Assembly (NCBI GenBank): GCA_023430465.1 | Contig: JAEZAM010000039.1 | Coordinates: forward strand, 1-64,000 | DNA length: 64,000 nucleotides | Direction: 5' to 3' | From: Bacteroidota bacterium | Lineage (GTDB): Bacteria; Bacteroidota; Bacteroidia; Chitinophagales; Chitinophagaceae | Shown here: one piece after another, positions 1-9,722 of the stretch | Position numbering within the stretch: the stretch's first letter is position 1 | Layout: every line of letters begins with the position of its first letter | Program-made: the position numbers and the translations under genes | Notes under the pieces: generated by a model | The model's input: only the letters and a program-made list of their open reading frames with translations | The model's database searches: none | What the model was told of the DNA's origin: nothing

Positions 1-55
1 CCCCTGCCCCCAGTCCCAAGTCCCCAGCATCCCGCATGTCCTTATCTTCGCAGGG

Positions 56-700
56 ATGGAAATAAAAGACGCAAAATACCTGGTCAGTAACGCGGAGTAT
101 GATAAATGCCCCGCGCCGGACCGGGCGGAGTACGCTTTCATTGGACGCAGTAATGTGGGGAAATCGTCGCTGATCAATATGATCACAAACAAAAAAGCGC
201 TGGCAAAAACCTCATCTGCCCCCGGCAAGACCCAACTGATCAATCATTTTGACATCCTGTCTAAAGACAAGAAAAGCTGGTATCTCGTAGACTTACCAGG
301 CTATGGTTATGCAAAGGTGTCACAAAGCAGCCGCCGCCGCTGGGAGCAGATGATCGAAAACTACATCCGGAAACGCGAGAACCTCGTTTCACTTTTTGTT
401 CTCGTTGACAGCCGCCACGAACCACAGAAAATTGATATCGAATTCATCAATGACCTGGGTAAATGGGAAATTCCATTTGCTGTTGTTTTTACAAAAGCTG
501 ATAAGAACAAGCCCGGCGCCACGGCGCGAAATGTGCAGGCATTTATGAGCGCCCTTTCGGAAACCTGGGAAGAAGTGCCGCCATTTTTTGTAACATCTGC
601 CCAGACCAGGGAAGGCCAGTCATTGCTGCTGGACTATATTGCAGAATTGAATGAGAGTTTTTCTACAGGCAACAATCCGCGATCCTGGAAAGAACTGTAA
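56..700 (+). CDS. engB: ribosome biogenesis GTP-binding protein YihA/YsxC (EngB)
   Basis: 214-aa ORF with P-loop GRSNVGKSSLIN, DLPGYG switch region and TKADK G4 motif in the order typical of EngB; ATG start at 56. Confidence 0.85.
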   Translation: MEIKDAKYLVSNAEYDKCPAPDRAEYAFIGRSNVGKSSLINMITNKKALAKTSSAPGKTQLINHFDILSKDKKSWYLVDLPGYGYAKVSQSSRRRWEQMIENYIRKRENLVSLFVLVDSRHEPQKIDIEFINDLGKWEIPFAVVFTKADKNKPGATARNVQAFMSALSETWEEVPPFFVTSAQTREGQSLLLDYIAELNESFSTGNNPRSWKEL

Positions 701-719
701 CTTTGTCTGACCGCCACGA

Positions 720-923
720 ATGAAAACAATCTGCCGCAATCATATCCTCCCTGCCACGCTATTCCTGGCTACCATCAGCCTGTTTGCGCTGGCGCAACGA
801 AATGCCCCCGGCACGGCAATCATTGGCAGTACACCGATAGTCACTCCTCGAACGGACTCTATCCCTTCGCCTGCTGGCATTGAATCATTGTCCTCAGCGG
901 CGTCAACGATCGGAGGCGAATAA
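720..923 (+). CDS. small hypothetical protein with signal-peptide-like N-terminus
   Basis: 67-aa ORF in a 300-bp gap between engB and the next gene; hydrophobic N-terminus ending ALA-Q; no recognisable family, may be non-coding. Confidence 0.2.
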   Translation: MKTICRNHILPATLFLATISLFALAQRNAPGTAIIGSTPIVTPRTDSIPSPAGIESLSSAASTIGGE

Positions 924-999
924 ATTAATTTACTGGAAAGTATAGGGGAAGCGAGGCCATCTGCAGGGTGGTCCTGCAGTTGAAAGGATGCAGGCGTGG

Positions 1000-1473
1000 T
1001 TAGTTTACCACCTTATTCGCGCAGCTACTGCTGGCAAAAGCTTCAGGTTTCGCCTTGAAGGCAAAGCCCATTCCAAGTATGTAACCCATCGCTTCCTTCA
1101 GCGCATCGTTGCTTTTGAAGTGGGGGTTCGTGTTGATGTCTGCATGTACTTCCATGTCCACATTGTAAACGGTAAACAGGTTGCAGAGCTCATACGCAAT
1201 CTCGATGCTCTTGGCAACTTCCATCAGCATGCGTTCCTTGATGGTAAATTGCTGCCGTGTTTTCTCATTGTGGATGAACATGAAGCCGCCATGCCCTTCC
1301 CGTAAGAATACAATCACGGTTGCAAATTCTGTTTCTTTACCTTTTACCTGGGAATCTGTTCCGATGCAGACCTTTAGCCTGTAACCCGCTGCAGTCTCGC
1401 GTTTGATGGCATCCTCAACTGCACTGGTGATGGGCAAATCGATCGACTCGCCATTAAATTTTCTCCATCGCAT
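1000..1473 (-). CDS. YkuK/DUF458-like (RNase H-fold) hypothetical protein
   Basis: 157-aa ORF with ATG start and clean flanks; family assignment from recall of DUF458 proteins only. Confidence 0.45.
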   Translation of the reverse strand: MRWRKFNGESIDLPITSAVEDAIKRETAAGYRLKVCIGTDSQVKGKETEFATVIVFLREGHGGFMFIHNEKTRQQFTIKERMLMEVAKSIEIAYELCNLFTVYNVDMEVHADINTNPHFKSNDALKEAMGYILGMGFAFKAKPEAFASSSCANKVVN

Positions 1474-1509
1474 AAAAAAAGAGGTTTTTCCAAGTTATGG
1501 AAAAACCTC
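1474..1509 (-). terminator. rho-independent terminator downstream of the metzincin gene
   Basis: perfect 11-bp stem gaggtttttcc/ggaaaaacctc with 7-nt loop at 1481-1509, followed on the minus strand by a 7-U run (aaaaaaa at 1474-1480). Confidence 0.6.
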
Positions 1510-1562
1510 CAGATTGCAATAGGGGTACGGATTATCGTTCTGTTACCAGAACGGGGAAAGAG

Positions 1563-3170
1563 TTATTGTTTAAGCAGTTTATCAGTCCATTGTTCGCCTT
1601 TGCCGGTAAAGGTCACCAGGTACATACCAGCGGCAACAGGAGGCAGGGTGACGTTGTTAATACCGCTGACCAATTTGCCCTGGCGGATAGTGCGACCCGA
1701 ATAGTCGGCAATTCTGTATTCAAACGCACCCGGGCTGCTGATGGCTATGTTACCGTTATTGGTAACCGTTGTCACCAGGCGGGGGCGTGGTCCCGCCTCG
1801 TTCTGACGGATGCTTACAACATTGGAATAATAACGGCGACCGTCATTAAACGCTACCAGTACACGATACTGTGCGTCAGGTACCACAGATCCAGGGCGAT
1901 AGATATATGAACGGTCGTCTTTGGCAGCTTCGGTCAATGTGGTAAAACGGCGACCGTCAGTGGACACTTCGAGTATCTGCTGTTCCACTTCTTCATCGGC
2001 TACGATCACCCAACTAAGCTGGTGTTTGTCGCCATTTTGTGAACCGCGCAGTTCGAGCTTATGAACAGGCAACACCGCTGTACTGTTATCAACTGTTGCC
2101 TGGAGTGAATAGGAACCAAGGCTGGCGTAGGCTGGCGCGTAAAGGTTTCCCTTTCCTTCTACTTCCAGGTAGTAAGTTCCGGCATTTAAAATAGTGTCGG
2201 CTACCGAGCTGAGCAACTGACCAGGGTTATAAACACTTACGGCCTGCTGGCTTGCATCATATAATGTAACCTGCAGATCAAGATCAGATCCGGCGTTGTT
2301 GTTCCCAACACTGTAGGGGATGGCATTGAGCTGGAAGCGACCTGTTGATGGCATGATGAAGCGGAACATGTCCTGGTCTGTATTGCGTTCAATTATACCG
2401 GTTGCCGTAAACTGGTTGTTAGTGATGGTGGGCAAAGTGGCCGAAGAAAAATCACTGCCATGATCATCGGTGCGGTATCCAAATCCGTTAGCGGCCGATG
2501 TAATCACATCCAGGTCACTCTGAATACTGTTGCAACCAAGGCTGTTGGCACCATTGTTCCACACAGTGAAATTGCGATAATATCCAACGCCCATGATAGG
2601 GGCCCAGCCGATCTCACCGCTGCCTACACCTTCATGGTAGTCAGACAGTTTATTGCAGTTTGCGTCATATTTCGATTGATGATGCAGGCCAAATGTATGT
2701 CCGGCTTCGTGCGCGGTAGCTTCAGAGATGTTCTTGATGTTGTAATTGTGGAGCGCGGTAAAAACGAAGCAGGGCGTATCATCACCCCACGCAAATGAAC
2801 CGATGAAGGCTACACCGCCGGCACTTCCGTACCAGCTTGATGTTACCGTCATGATCACGCGCATCCGGCGGTTGGGCTGTGCTGCATGGAAACGGGCAGA
2901 GTCAGTAGTTACATTCAGGTTGAAAGGGCGATAGTCTTCTGCAACGCGGTTGAATGTTTCAGAGATCTGTGTCGGGTTCATACCGGAGCCGCCACAAATT
3001 ATGGGGCCATTCCAGTTCCACGAAGTTCCGGTCACGGTGTGGCCATCAAAATCCAGGAATAAAACGGCAGATGCGGATGGGTTGCTGTTCAGAACCGGCA
3101 CCTGTGCGGAGACAGTGGATGACAGGCCGATCAACAGGATCGCGAAGAGTGATTGAATACGGTTTTTCAT
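1563..3170 (-). CDS. secreted zinc metalloprotease (metzincin-type HEXXHXXGXXH) with T9SS C-terminal sorting domain
   Basis: 535 aa; N-terminal signal peptide MKNRIQSLFAILLIGLSSTVSA; zinc motif HEAGHTFGLHH with a downstream Met (PIMGVGYY); C-terminal ~80 aa resemble a Por_Secre_tail beta-sandwich ending ...TFTGKGEQWTDKLLKQ. Confidence 0.7.
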   Translation of the reverse strand: MKNRIQSLFAILLIGLSSTVSAQVPVLNSNPSASAVLFLDFDGHTVTGTSWNWNGPIICGGSGMNPTQISETFNRVAEDYRPFNLNVTTDSARFHAAQPNRRMRVIMTVTSSWYGSAGGVAFIGSFAWGDDTPCFVFTALHNYNIKNISEATAHEAGHTFGLHHQSKYDANCNKLSDYHEGVGSGEIGWAPIMGVGYYRNFTVWNNGANSLGCNSIQSDLDVITSAANGFGYRTDDHGSDFSSATLPTITNNQFTATGIIERNTDQDMFRFIMPSTGRFQLNAIPYSVGNNNAGSDLDLQVTLYDASQQAVSVYNPGQLLSSVADTILNAGTYYLEVEGKGNLYAPAYASLGSYSLQATVDNSTAVLPVHKLELRGSQNGDKHQLSWVIVADEEVEQQILEVSTDGRRFTTLTEAAKDDRSYIYRPGSVVPDAQYRVLVAFNDGRRYYSNVVSIRQNEAGPRPRLVTTVTNNGNIAISSPGAFEYRIADYSGRTIRQGKLVSGINNVTLPPVAAGMYLVTFTGKGEQWTDKLLKQ

Positions 3171-3231
3171 AACAGGATTTTTTTCAAAGGGTAACGTCGG
3201 ATGTCAATAGGGTACGGATCAAAAACGGGAC

Positions 3232-3708
3232 TTATTCGCTGACTACTTCATAGAAGTTCTTTTTTACCAGGTAGTAACTACCATTGCTGTTTTCCAGGAC
3301 ATACATATCGGCGTGACGGAAACTCAGGATGCGGCCGGAGTATTTGGTGGTTCCATCAGCCTGGGTCATGGCAGTAACCGTGAAACTCGCTCCGTTGAAG
3401 TCATCCGAGCGCAGCACCAGGCTTTTCACCCGGTCGTTATCACGTGAAGCTGTGGATACGACACGGCCACGGAATGTTTTGAATTTTTCATTGGAAAAAC
3501 GCACAGATGCATCCCGGCCAGTGGTGTTTACACCGGAAACGAGCGATTGCAGTTCGGTAACATCAACGGGGATTCTGTCCGGAAGATTGGTGAACAATTT
3601 GGGACGGTTGGCGTCGGGTTCATTGAGTGGTGACCTTTCCTGGGCGGAAATGGTGGCACAGCACATGAGCATTGACAGGGCGAGGCCCATCAGTTTCAGG
3701 TTCTTCAT
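3232..3708 (-). CDS. hypothetical secreted protein
   Basis: 158 aa, signal peptide MKNLKLMGLALSMLMCCATISAQ; no family recognised. Confidence 0.45.
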   Translation of the reverse strand: MKNLKLMGLALSMLMCCATISAQERSPLNEPDANRPKLFTNLPDRIPVDVTELQSLVSGVNTTGRDASVRFSNEKFKTFRGRVVSTASRDNDRVKSLVLRSDDFNGASFTVTAMTQADGTTKYSGRILSFRHADMYVLENSNGSYYLVKKNFYEVVSE

Positions 3709-3900
3709 TGGATATTATTTTAGAAGCAATTTTGGTACTCTCTTTTTGCAGTATTGCTCAAACTGCAGTTCTCTTGGGGGACTGTAGTACAAGGTTCATC
3801 AAATTTTCATTGACAAACAAGATTACGCACGGGAGAATAGGGTAAATCAGGGAGTAGTACGCAGAGGTAAATCGTAAAGTTGCGAGGTGCTAAGGGTAAA

Positions 3901-4266
3901 TCAATATTGGCCTGTAGATAATAATACGAGGGTACACGCATCCATCACTTCGATATTCTTCGCACGCGCCAGTTCAACCAATTCATCGTTTTCCGTGCCC
4001 GGATTGAAGATGATGCGTTTCGGATCAAGTGAGAGAATGTAATCGTAGTATTCTTTTTGATTGAGCGGATTCAGGTAAAGCGTGACGGTATCAACATTCT
4101 TATAAGGCGTTTTTTCCTTGTCGACAGTCACATCCTGTACCCTGGTTTGTTTTCGACCAACAGCTACCACAGGATGTCCATGCCGGCGCAGACGCTGAAT
4201 AGCGAGGTAACTATAACGGGATGGATTGTCAGATGCGCCGAGTACAAGTGTTTTCTTTGTTTCCAT
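3901..4266 (-). CDS. CoA-binding domain protein (YccU-like)
   Basis: 121 aa; N-terminal LVLGASDNPSRYSY and Rossmann-like layout typical of stand-alone CoA-binding proteins. Confidence 0.65.
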   Translation of the reverse strand: METKKTLVLGASDNPSRYSYLAIQRLRRHGHPVVAVGRKQTRVQDVTVDKEKTPYKNVDTVTLYLNPLNQKEYYDYILSLDPKRIIFNPGTENDELVELARAKNIEVMDACTLVLLSTGQY

Positions 4267-4332
4267 GTTTTCGAATTCAAAGGTCCGGAATAATCAGTTC
4301 AGTTTCCGTGCCAGTTTAGAACGCGGGTTGTC

Positions 4333-4680
4333 CTATTTAAGATGCACGCTCTGTTTATGATCGATGATCGTTGCCTCTACGTAGCAGATATACGCGTACC
4401 AAAACGAACAGGGCAGCCAGGCAATGACTACCGCATAGCCGAACCAAAGCGTTAATGGACTCGTAACGATCAAGAAGAAAAGCAGCAGGTTAAACGATCC
4501 ACGGTGCCTGGATGCATATAACCGGCCCTGGAGCGAGCGATGTGCAAGCGTGCTTGCAAGCTGCAAGAGCACCAACACAAGAAATGCGATCCAGGTATAT
4601 TTTGAAACGAAGAAACAGAGGATCACAACGGTGGCCATGAGTGATTGAAAGGCCGTGTCCAGATATTTTAATGTTCTCAT
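4333..4680 (-). CDS. small integral membrane protein
   Basis: 115 aa with 3 predicted TM helices; last gene of the putative regulator operon. Confidence 0.4.
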   Translation of the reverse strand: MRTLKYLDTAFQSLMATVVILCFFVSKYTWIAFLVLVLLQLASTLAHRSLQGRLYASRHRGSFNLLLFFLIVTSPLTLWFGYAVVIAWLPCSFWYAYICYVEATIIDHKQSVHLK

Positions 4681-4713
4681 GCTGAAGAATTGAACGGATC
4701 AGAAGCATCCGGT

Positions 4714-5100
4714 CTACCTGATATTACCCGGGCGGCTAAAATCAAATTCGGGAGCGGGCTCGGTCTTTCCGCGTTTATAAAAATAGGTGAGCAGGAATGG
4801 CACAAGGCTCATCAGCAACGGGAGGATCGGGAAAAAGAATTGTTGAGAAGAAAGGCTTGCCGCCTGGATCAACGCCACCAGGTAGATGACAACTGCGATC
4901 CAGTAACCGATGAGTATGTTCCGGACAGGCTGGTGTTGGAAATAGTGAACAGCCAGGATCACGGAGTGGATCACCTGCATCGTACCAAGCGCCATCATCC
5001 AAAGCAATAAGGCGACATAAAATGGAACCCATAAAATAACCAGGGCCAGGGTGATGATGCAAAGTATCATCTCAAAACGATAATGGGAGCGATGTATCAT
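4714..5100 (-). CDS. small integral membrane protein
   Basis: 128 aa with about 4 hydrophobic helices; start overlaps the stop of the upstream regulator by 4 nt (translational coupling). Confidence 0.45.
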   Translation of the reverse strand: MIHRSHYRFEMILCIITLALVILWVPFYVALLLWMMALGTMQVIHSVILAVHYFQHQPVRNILIGYWIAVVIYLVALIQAASLSSQQFFFPILPLLMSLVPFLLTYFYKRGKTEPAPEFDFSRPGNIR

Positions 5101-5603
5101 TTGAATAGTTTGAGCATGTTGGTCACGAACCAGTTTTCCTCCGCTTTCACCATCAGGTCAAGCGTCTTGTCCGCCTGCTTCCCCAGTTTGCGGATATTGG
5201 TCACTGTATCTACGAAGGCCTTCACCTGCTTGTCTTTCCTGTCACCCTCCACCGCTTCCAGCTTATCCAGGAGCTGCAACATGGGTTCGAGTTCGCGTTT
5301 TTTTCTTTCTTTCACGATTTGCTTCACCACTTTCCAGATGTCCTTTTCGGCAGTGAAATATTCCTTCCGCTCTCCGGGCAGCAATACCCGTTCCACCAGT
5401 CCCCAACTGATAAGCTCGCGAATGTTCATGTTGACGTTACCGCGGCTGACATTGAGGTCTTCCATCATATCATCCTGGGTCAGTGGTTCGGGGCTGATCA
5501 ATAAAAGCGCATGGATCTGTGCCATGGTCCGGTTGATGCCCCAATGCGTGCCAAATGCGCCCCAGCTACTGATAAATTGCTGTCTTGCTTCTGTTAGTTT
5601 CAT
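5097..5603 (-). CDS. GbsR/MarR-type winged-helix transcriptional regulator
   Basis: 168 aa; N-terminal WG..GINRTMAQIHALLLISPEPL...RGNVNMNIRELISWGLV matches the GbsR-type wHTH signature as recalled. Confidence 0.55.
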   Translation of the reverse strand: MKLTEARQQFISSWGAFGTHWGINRTMAQIHALLLISPEPLTQDDMMEDLNVSRGNVNMNIRELISWGLVERVLLPGERKEYFTAEKDIWKVVKQIVKERKKRELEPMLQLLDKLEAVEGDRKDKQVKAFVDTVTNIRKLGKQADKTLDLMVKAEENWFVTNMLKLFK

Positions 5604-5699
5604 ACACCGAAATTACTAAATGATTCGGAAGTTTCAAAAAAATATGAAAATACGTTTTGGGGAAAATCCCCGGGGGTACCGGGGACTGACCCTTGCTCT

Positions 5700-7211
5700 T
5701 TATTTGGTTTCTACCAGGTCACCATTCTTTCCTTTGCCCAGGTAGGTCGGCAGGTCCATGCCCGCCAGATCAAAGATGTCCTTCAGCGGCGGAACTGATT
5801 TATACAGCCCGCTTACAAAATTTGCCGTCGATCCCTTGCCATCTGTGCCCTGGCCACCGTCCCATACTGTCACCTTATCTATTTTGATATTCTTGATCGC
5901 TTCGGTTTGGAGTTTCACCAGCTCGGGGAGTTTATCAGCGATCAGCAACAGCACCGCATCTTTTGGATTATCACCGGCTGCTTTGACGATCCTGTCGAGA
6001 CCTTCTGCCTGTTTAGTGAGGATCTCGTACATACCGCGGGCTTCTGCCTCCAGCTTGGCGAATATCGCGTCGGCTTCACCCTTTGCTCTTTCCCGCACCT
6101 GTTCTGCTGCCGCCTGTGCTTCGATGATGAGTTTCTGTTTTTGTATCTCAGCACCTACCACGATCGTTGCATTCTGTGATGCACGGTCACGGTCTGCACG
6201 CGCTTCTTCTGCTTTCTTTTCAGCGAGATAAGACTCTTCGAGTGCTTTTGCTGACTGCACTTTTTCCGCAGCAATCGCTTTTTTCAAAGCTTCCGCTTCA
6301 CGTTCCCTTCGTTGCGATTCTGAGTCTGCGATCTGGATACGCGAAAGGTTTTCTCCCTGTACGGCCGTTGCATTTGCTTCGGCGATTTTTATCCGCGTTT
6401 CCCTTTCAGCTTCGGCCTTACCGATATTCTCGTCACGGTTTGCTCCCGCGATCTGGATCTCTTTATCTTTTAAGGTAAATGCCACCTGCGTATCCCGGTC
6501 ACGTTGCGTTTCAGCTACCTTGATGTCTCTTTCTTTTTCTGCGGTTGTTTTACCAATATCACCCGTACGCTCCTGTTCTGCCACACGCACCTTTGCTTCA
6601 TTGATCGCTTTGGCAGCAGCCTCTTTACCGAGTGCATCTATGTAGCCACTTTCATCCTTGATGTCCGTTACATTCACGTTGATCATTTTCAACCCGATCT
6701 TGTTCAGCTCCGCTTCCACATTTCCTGCAATGTTGGCCAGGAACTTATCGCGATTGTTGTTGATCTCTTCAATATCCATCATGGCCACTACAAGGCGCAT
6801 CTGGCCAAGGATGATATCTTTCGCCAGGTCGTGAATCTGCGGGCGTTGCATGCCGAGCAGGCGTTCTGCAGCGTTTTGCATCACCGCAGGCTCAGTGGAG
6901 ATACCAACAGTAAAACGCGACGGCACATCCACGCGGATGTTCTGTTTACTAAGTGCGCTCGTGAGGTTTACCTCGAGTGAAATGGGGGTGAGGTCGAGAA
7001 ATGAATAATCCTGGATGATGGGCCAGATGAACGCTGCACCACCATGTATGCATTTTGCCGTAAGGCTGCCCTCAGCACCTTTACCAACCTTTCCATATAC
7101 AACCAGGATCCGGTCTGATGGACAACGCTTGTAGCGCCTGAACATGGAAAAGATGAGTACGAAGAAAAAGACAACACAGATCGCTACGACCAACAAAAGA
7201 TTTTCAGCCAT
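5700..7211 (-). CDS. flotillin-family SPFH/Band-7 protein (YqiK-like)
   Basis: 503 aa; N-terminal TM, SPFH domain, then a long Ala/Glu/Lys/Arg-rich coiled-coil typical of bacterial flotillins. Confidence 0.8.
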   Translation of the reverse strand: MAENLLLVVAICVVFFFVLIFSMFRRYKRCPSDRILVVYGKVGKGAEGSLTAKCIHGGAAFIWPIIQDYSFLDLTPISLEVNLTSALSKQNIRVDVPSRFTVGISTEPAVMQNAAERLLGMQRPQIHDLAKDIILGQMRLVVAMMDIEEINNNRDKFLANIAGNVEAELNKIGLKMINVNVTDIKDESGYIDALGKEAAAKAINEAKVRVAEQERTGDIGKTTAEKERDIKVAETQRDRDTQVAFTLKDKEIQIAGANRDENIGKAEAERETRIKIAEANATAVQGENLSRIQIADSESQRREREAEALKKAIAAEKVQSAKALEESYLAEKKAEEARADRDRASQNATIVVGAEIQKQKLIIEAQAAAEQVRERAKGEADAIFAKLEAEARGMYEILTKQAEGLDRIVKAAGDNPKDAVLLLIADKLPELVKLQTEAIKNIKIDKVTVWDGGQGTDGKGSTANFVSGLYKSVPPLKDIFDLAGMDLPTYLGKGKNGDLVETK

Positions 7212-7226
7212 GAGTATATTATTGAG

Positions 7227-7820
7227 TTATGATAATTGCGCACTTACCAGGAGAAGATTGCCATTGATGACAGAGCGAACCTGGACGATCCTTCCCGTAG
7301 GGATGTCAGTGAGATCATCGGTGATCGCCTGCAACTCCTTGATCGATCCCTGCAGGTGGATATGAATTTTGCCGAAACCTTTTCGGCCGGCCGGAATTAT
7401 GAGATAAGTTTCGGCCGTCTTGCCGACTGCATTACTGATGTCCATCGTGCCGCTGTGTTTCAATTTTGACATGGCGCGGAAAAGAAAAGCCATGATGGCG
7501 ACAACAAGAATCCCTGCCACCAGGGCTGCCGCAATGGTGAGTAGTTTGTTGTTACCCCCGCGGATCATTGCGATGCCCGTCCAGCCAAACACGGTGAAGA
7601 ATGCAATGAAGTTTTTGATGGTAAATACTCCATAGCCGATACCGTCATCACCGTCAACCGCTGCATCGGCATCACCAAATGCTTCATCACCATCGCCGGC
7701 AATGAATGACAGGACGGTTTGTATCACAAACAGGAGCGAGAAGAAGAGGGCGATTGCCCAGAAGATCTGGTCAAATGTGGCGAGACTGTTCCACCAGGTG
7801 GAAATATCGAGCAGCATCAT
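7227..7820 (-). CDS. NfeD-like/YqiJ-type membrane protein, partner of flotillin
   Basis: ORF trimmed to the internal ATG (MMLLDISTWW...) at 7820; acidic DGDEAFGDADAAVDGDDG stretch, two TM regions and a C-terminal OB-like domain; immediately upstream of the flotillin gene as in yqiJK. Confidence 0.55.
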   Translation of the reverse strand: MMLLDISTWWNSLATFDQIFWAIALFFSLLFVIQTVLSFIAGDGDEAFGDADAAVDGDDGIGYGVFTIKNFIAFFTVFGWTGIAMIRGGNNKLLTIAAALVAGILVVAIMAFLFRAMSKLKHSGTMDISNAVGKTAETYLIIPAGRKGFGKIHIHLQGSIKELQAITDDLTDIPTGRIVQVRSVINGNLLLVSAQLS

Positions 7821-7968
7821 AGTTTTGGTTGGCTTGTCGGCCGAAAATAGGGATTTCGCTGCAGGAATCATAGCGTCCGTTTGCAAAAGGACCGGCCTGG
7901 TTGATAACTGGCGGAAAAGACAAAAAAAAGACCCGCACCGGGCGGGTCTCACAATTATTTCTTTGCTA

Positions 7969-9639
7969 TCATACCAGCATCCGCAGCGGTTCTTCCAGCA
8001 GGCTTTTCAGCGTCTGGAGAAATGCAGCTCCTGTGGCACCATCCACTACGCGGTGATCACAGCTAAGCGTTACTTTCATGATATTGCCCGGCACTACTGC
8101 ACCATTCTTCACCACAGGCACCTGGCTGATACCCCCGATAGCGAGTATGCAAGCATCCGGTGGATTGATGATAGCGGTGAATTCATCTATGCCAAACATG
8201 CCAAGGTTGGAGATCGTGAAGGTGTTGCCTTCCCAGTCGGCAGGCTGGAGTTTTTTATCCTTTGCTTTTTGTGCGAAATCTTTTACCTCGGTCGCAATCT
8301 GCGACAGGGATTTTGTATCGGCAAACCGAACTACCGGTACAAGTAATCCTTCTTCCACTGCCACGGCCACGCCGATATTTACATGATGATTGATCCGGAT
8401 CTTATCACCGAGCCAACTGCTGTTTACTTTAGGATGTTGTTTCAGCGCAACGGCACAGGCTTTCAGCACCAGGTCATTGAACGAGATCTTTACTTTGCTT
8501 ATCTCATTCAGTTTAGCCCGGCTGGCTACCGCAGCGTCCATATCGATTGCCATTGTGAGGTAGAAATGCGGCGCAGTAAACTTGCTTTCGGCGAGTCGTT
8601 TTGCTATCACTTTCCTCATTTGTGACACCGGTACTTCTTCGAAACTTACCTGTCCTGCAGGTTGAGCAGCGGGTGCTGATGTGCCTTTCGATGGCGCATC
8701 TGGAGATGCAGCGCTGGCAGCAGGCGATGCCTGGAAATTATCAACGTCTGACTTGACAATCCTTCCACCGTCACCAGTGCCGGGTATCTTGCTGATGTCG
8801 ATGCCTTTTTCAGCGGCCAGTTTCTTTGCAAGGGGAGATGCCTTTACACGGCCATTAGTGCCAGCCTCCTGGGGTGCAGCAGCAGCCTGGTTTGTGGCTG
8901 TTGTTGTTTCTTCAGCACTGGCGGCAGATACTTCGGGCTTTGCTGCAGCCGGGGTTGCGGCGCCGCCTTTTACCGCAGTTACTATTGCGTTCACATCCAC
9001 TTTGCTTTCATCACCAATGATGCAAAGCAGATCATTGACAGCGATCTTTTCACCTTTTTTTGCACCCTGGTAAAGCAATTTGCCATTCTTGTAGCTCTCC
9101 AGTTCCATGGTGGCCTTGTCGGTCTCAATCTCTGCGAGCACATCGCCTTTCTTAACTTCTTCACCAACATTTTTGAGCCACCCGGCAATAACGCCTTCTG
9201 TCATGGTATCGCTGAGCCTTGGCATCAGCACTACTTCGTCCATTTTTGAAACATCAGTTGCAGGAGCCGCCGCAGGAGTGGCGCCGGTAGCAGCTTTCGG
9301 TGTTTCAGCCTGGGGTTTTTGTTCCTGGGGAGCAGCCGCAGGTTTTTCTGCCGGCGCAGTTTGCTGACCCCCACCGTTCACCAGTCCGCTGATATCTTCA
9401 CCGGCATTGCCGATGATGGCTAAAAGATCATTTACCTGTAGTTTACCACCTTTTTCTGTACCAATATGCAGCAAAGTGCCATCCTTATAGCTTTCCAGTT
9501 CCATGGTCGCTTTGTCGGTCTCAACTTCAGCGAGGAGATCGCCCTTTTTCACGGTATCGCCCACTTTCTTATGCCAGGCGGCGATCACGCCTTCCGTCAT
9601 TGTATCACTCAACCGGGGCATCAATATCGATTCAGCCAT
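7969..9639 (-). CDS. 2-oxoacid dehydrogenase E2 (dihydrolipoyllysine acetyltransferase), probably pyruvate dehydrogenase E2
   Basis: two lipoyl domains (ETDKATMELES twice), Ala/Pro-rich linkers, E3-binding domain and catalytic core with the DHRVVDGA motif; start trimmed to the ATG at 9639 (MAESILMPRLSD). Confidence 0.85.
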   Translation of the reverse strand: MAESILMPRLSDTMTEGVIAAWHKKVGDTVKKGDLLAEVETDKATMELESYKDGTLLHIGTEKGGKLQVNDLLAIIGNAGEDISGLVNGGGQQTAPAEKPAAAPQEQKPQAETPKAATGATPAAAPATDVSKMDEVVLMPRLSDTMTEGVIAGWLKNVGEEVKKGDVLAEIETDKATMELESYKNGKLLYQGAKKGEKIAVNDLLCIIGDESKVDVNAIVTAVKGGAATPAAAKPEVSAASAEETTTATNQAAAAPQEAGTNGRVKASPLAKKLAAEKGIDISKIPGTGDGGRIVKSDVDNFQASPAASAASPDAPSKGTSAPAAQPAGQVSFEEVPVSQMRKVIAKRLAESKFTAPHFYLTMAIDMDAAVASRAKLNEISKVKISFNDLVLKACAVALKQHPKVNSSWLGDKIRINHHVNIGVAVAVEEGLLVPVVRFADTKSLSQIATEVKDFAQKAKDKKLQPADWEGNTFTISNLGMFGIDEFTAIINPPDACILAIGGISQVPVVKNGAVVPGNIMKVTLSCDHRVVDGATGAAFLQTLKSLLEEPLRMLV

Positions 9640-9722
9640 GTAGCTATAAATTTTCGCCGAAATTAAGGTAAAATGCTGAATTAAAGGCTCAATGAAAAGT
9701 GGGGTATCCGCTTCAATCGCAA

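Noticed and set aside
5083-5619. 178-aa plus-strand ORF (Ser-rich)
   Set aside because: Antisense to the GbsR-like regulator; low-complexity serine runs.
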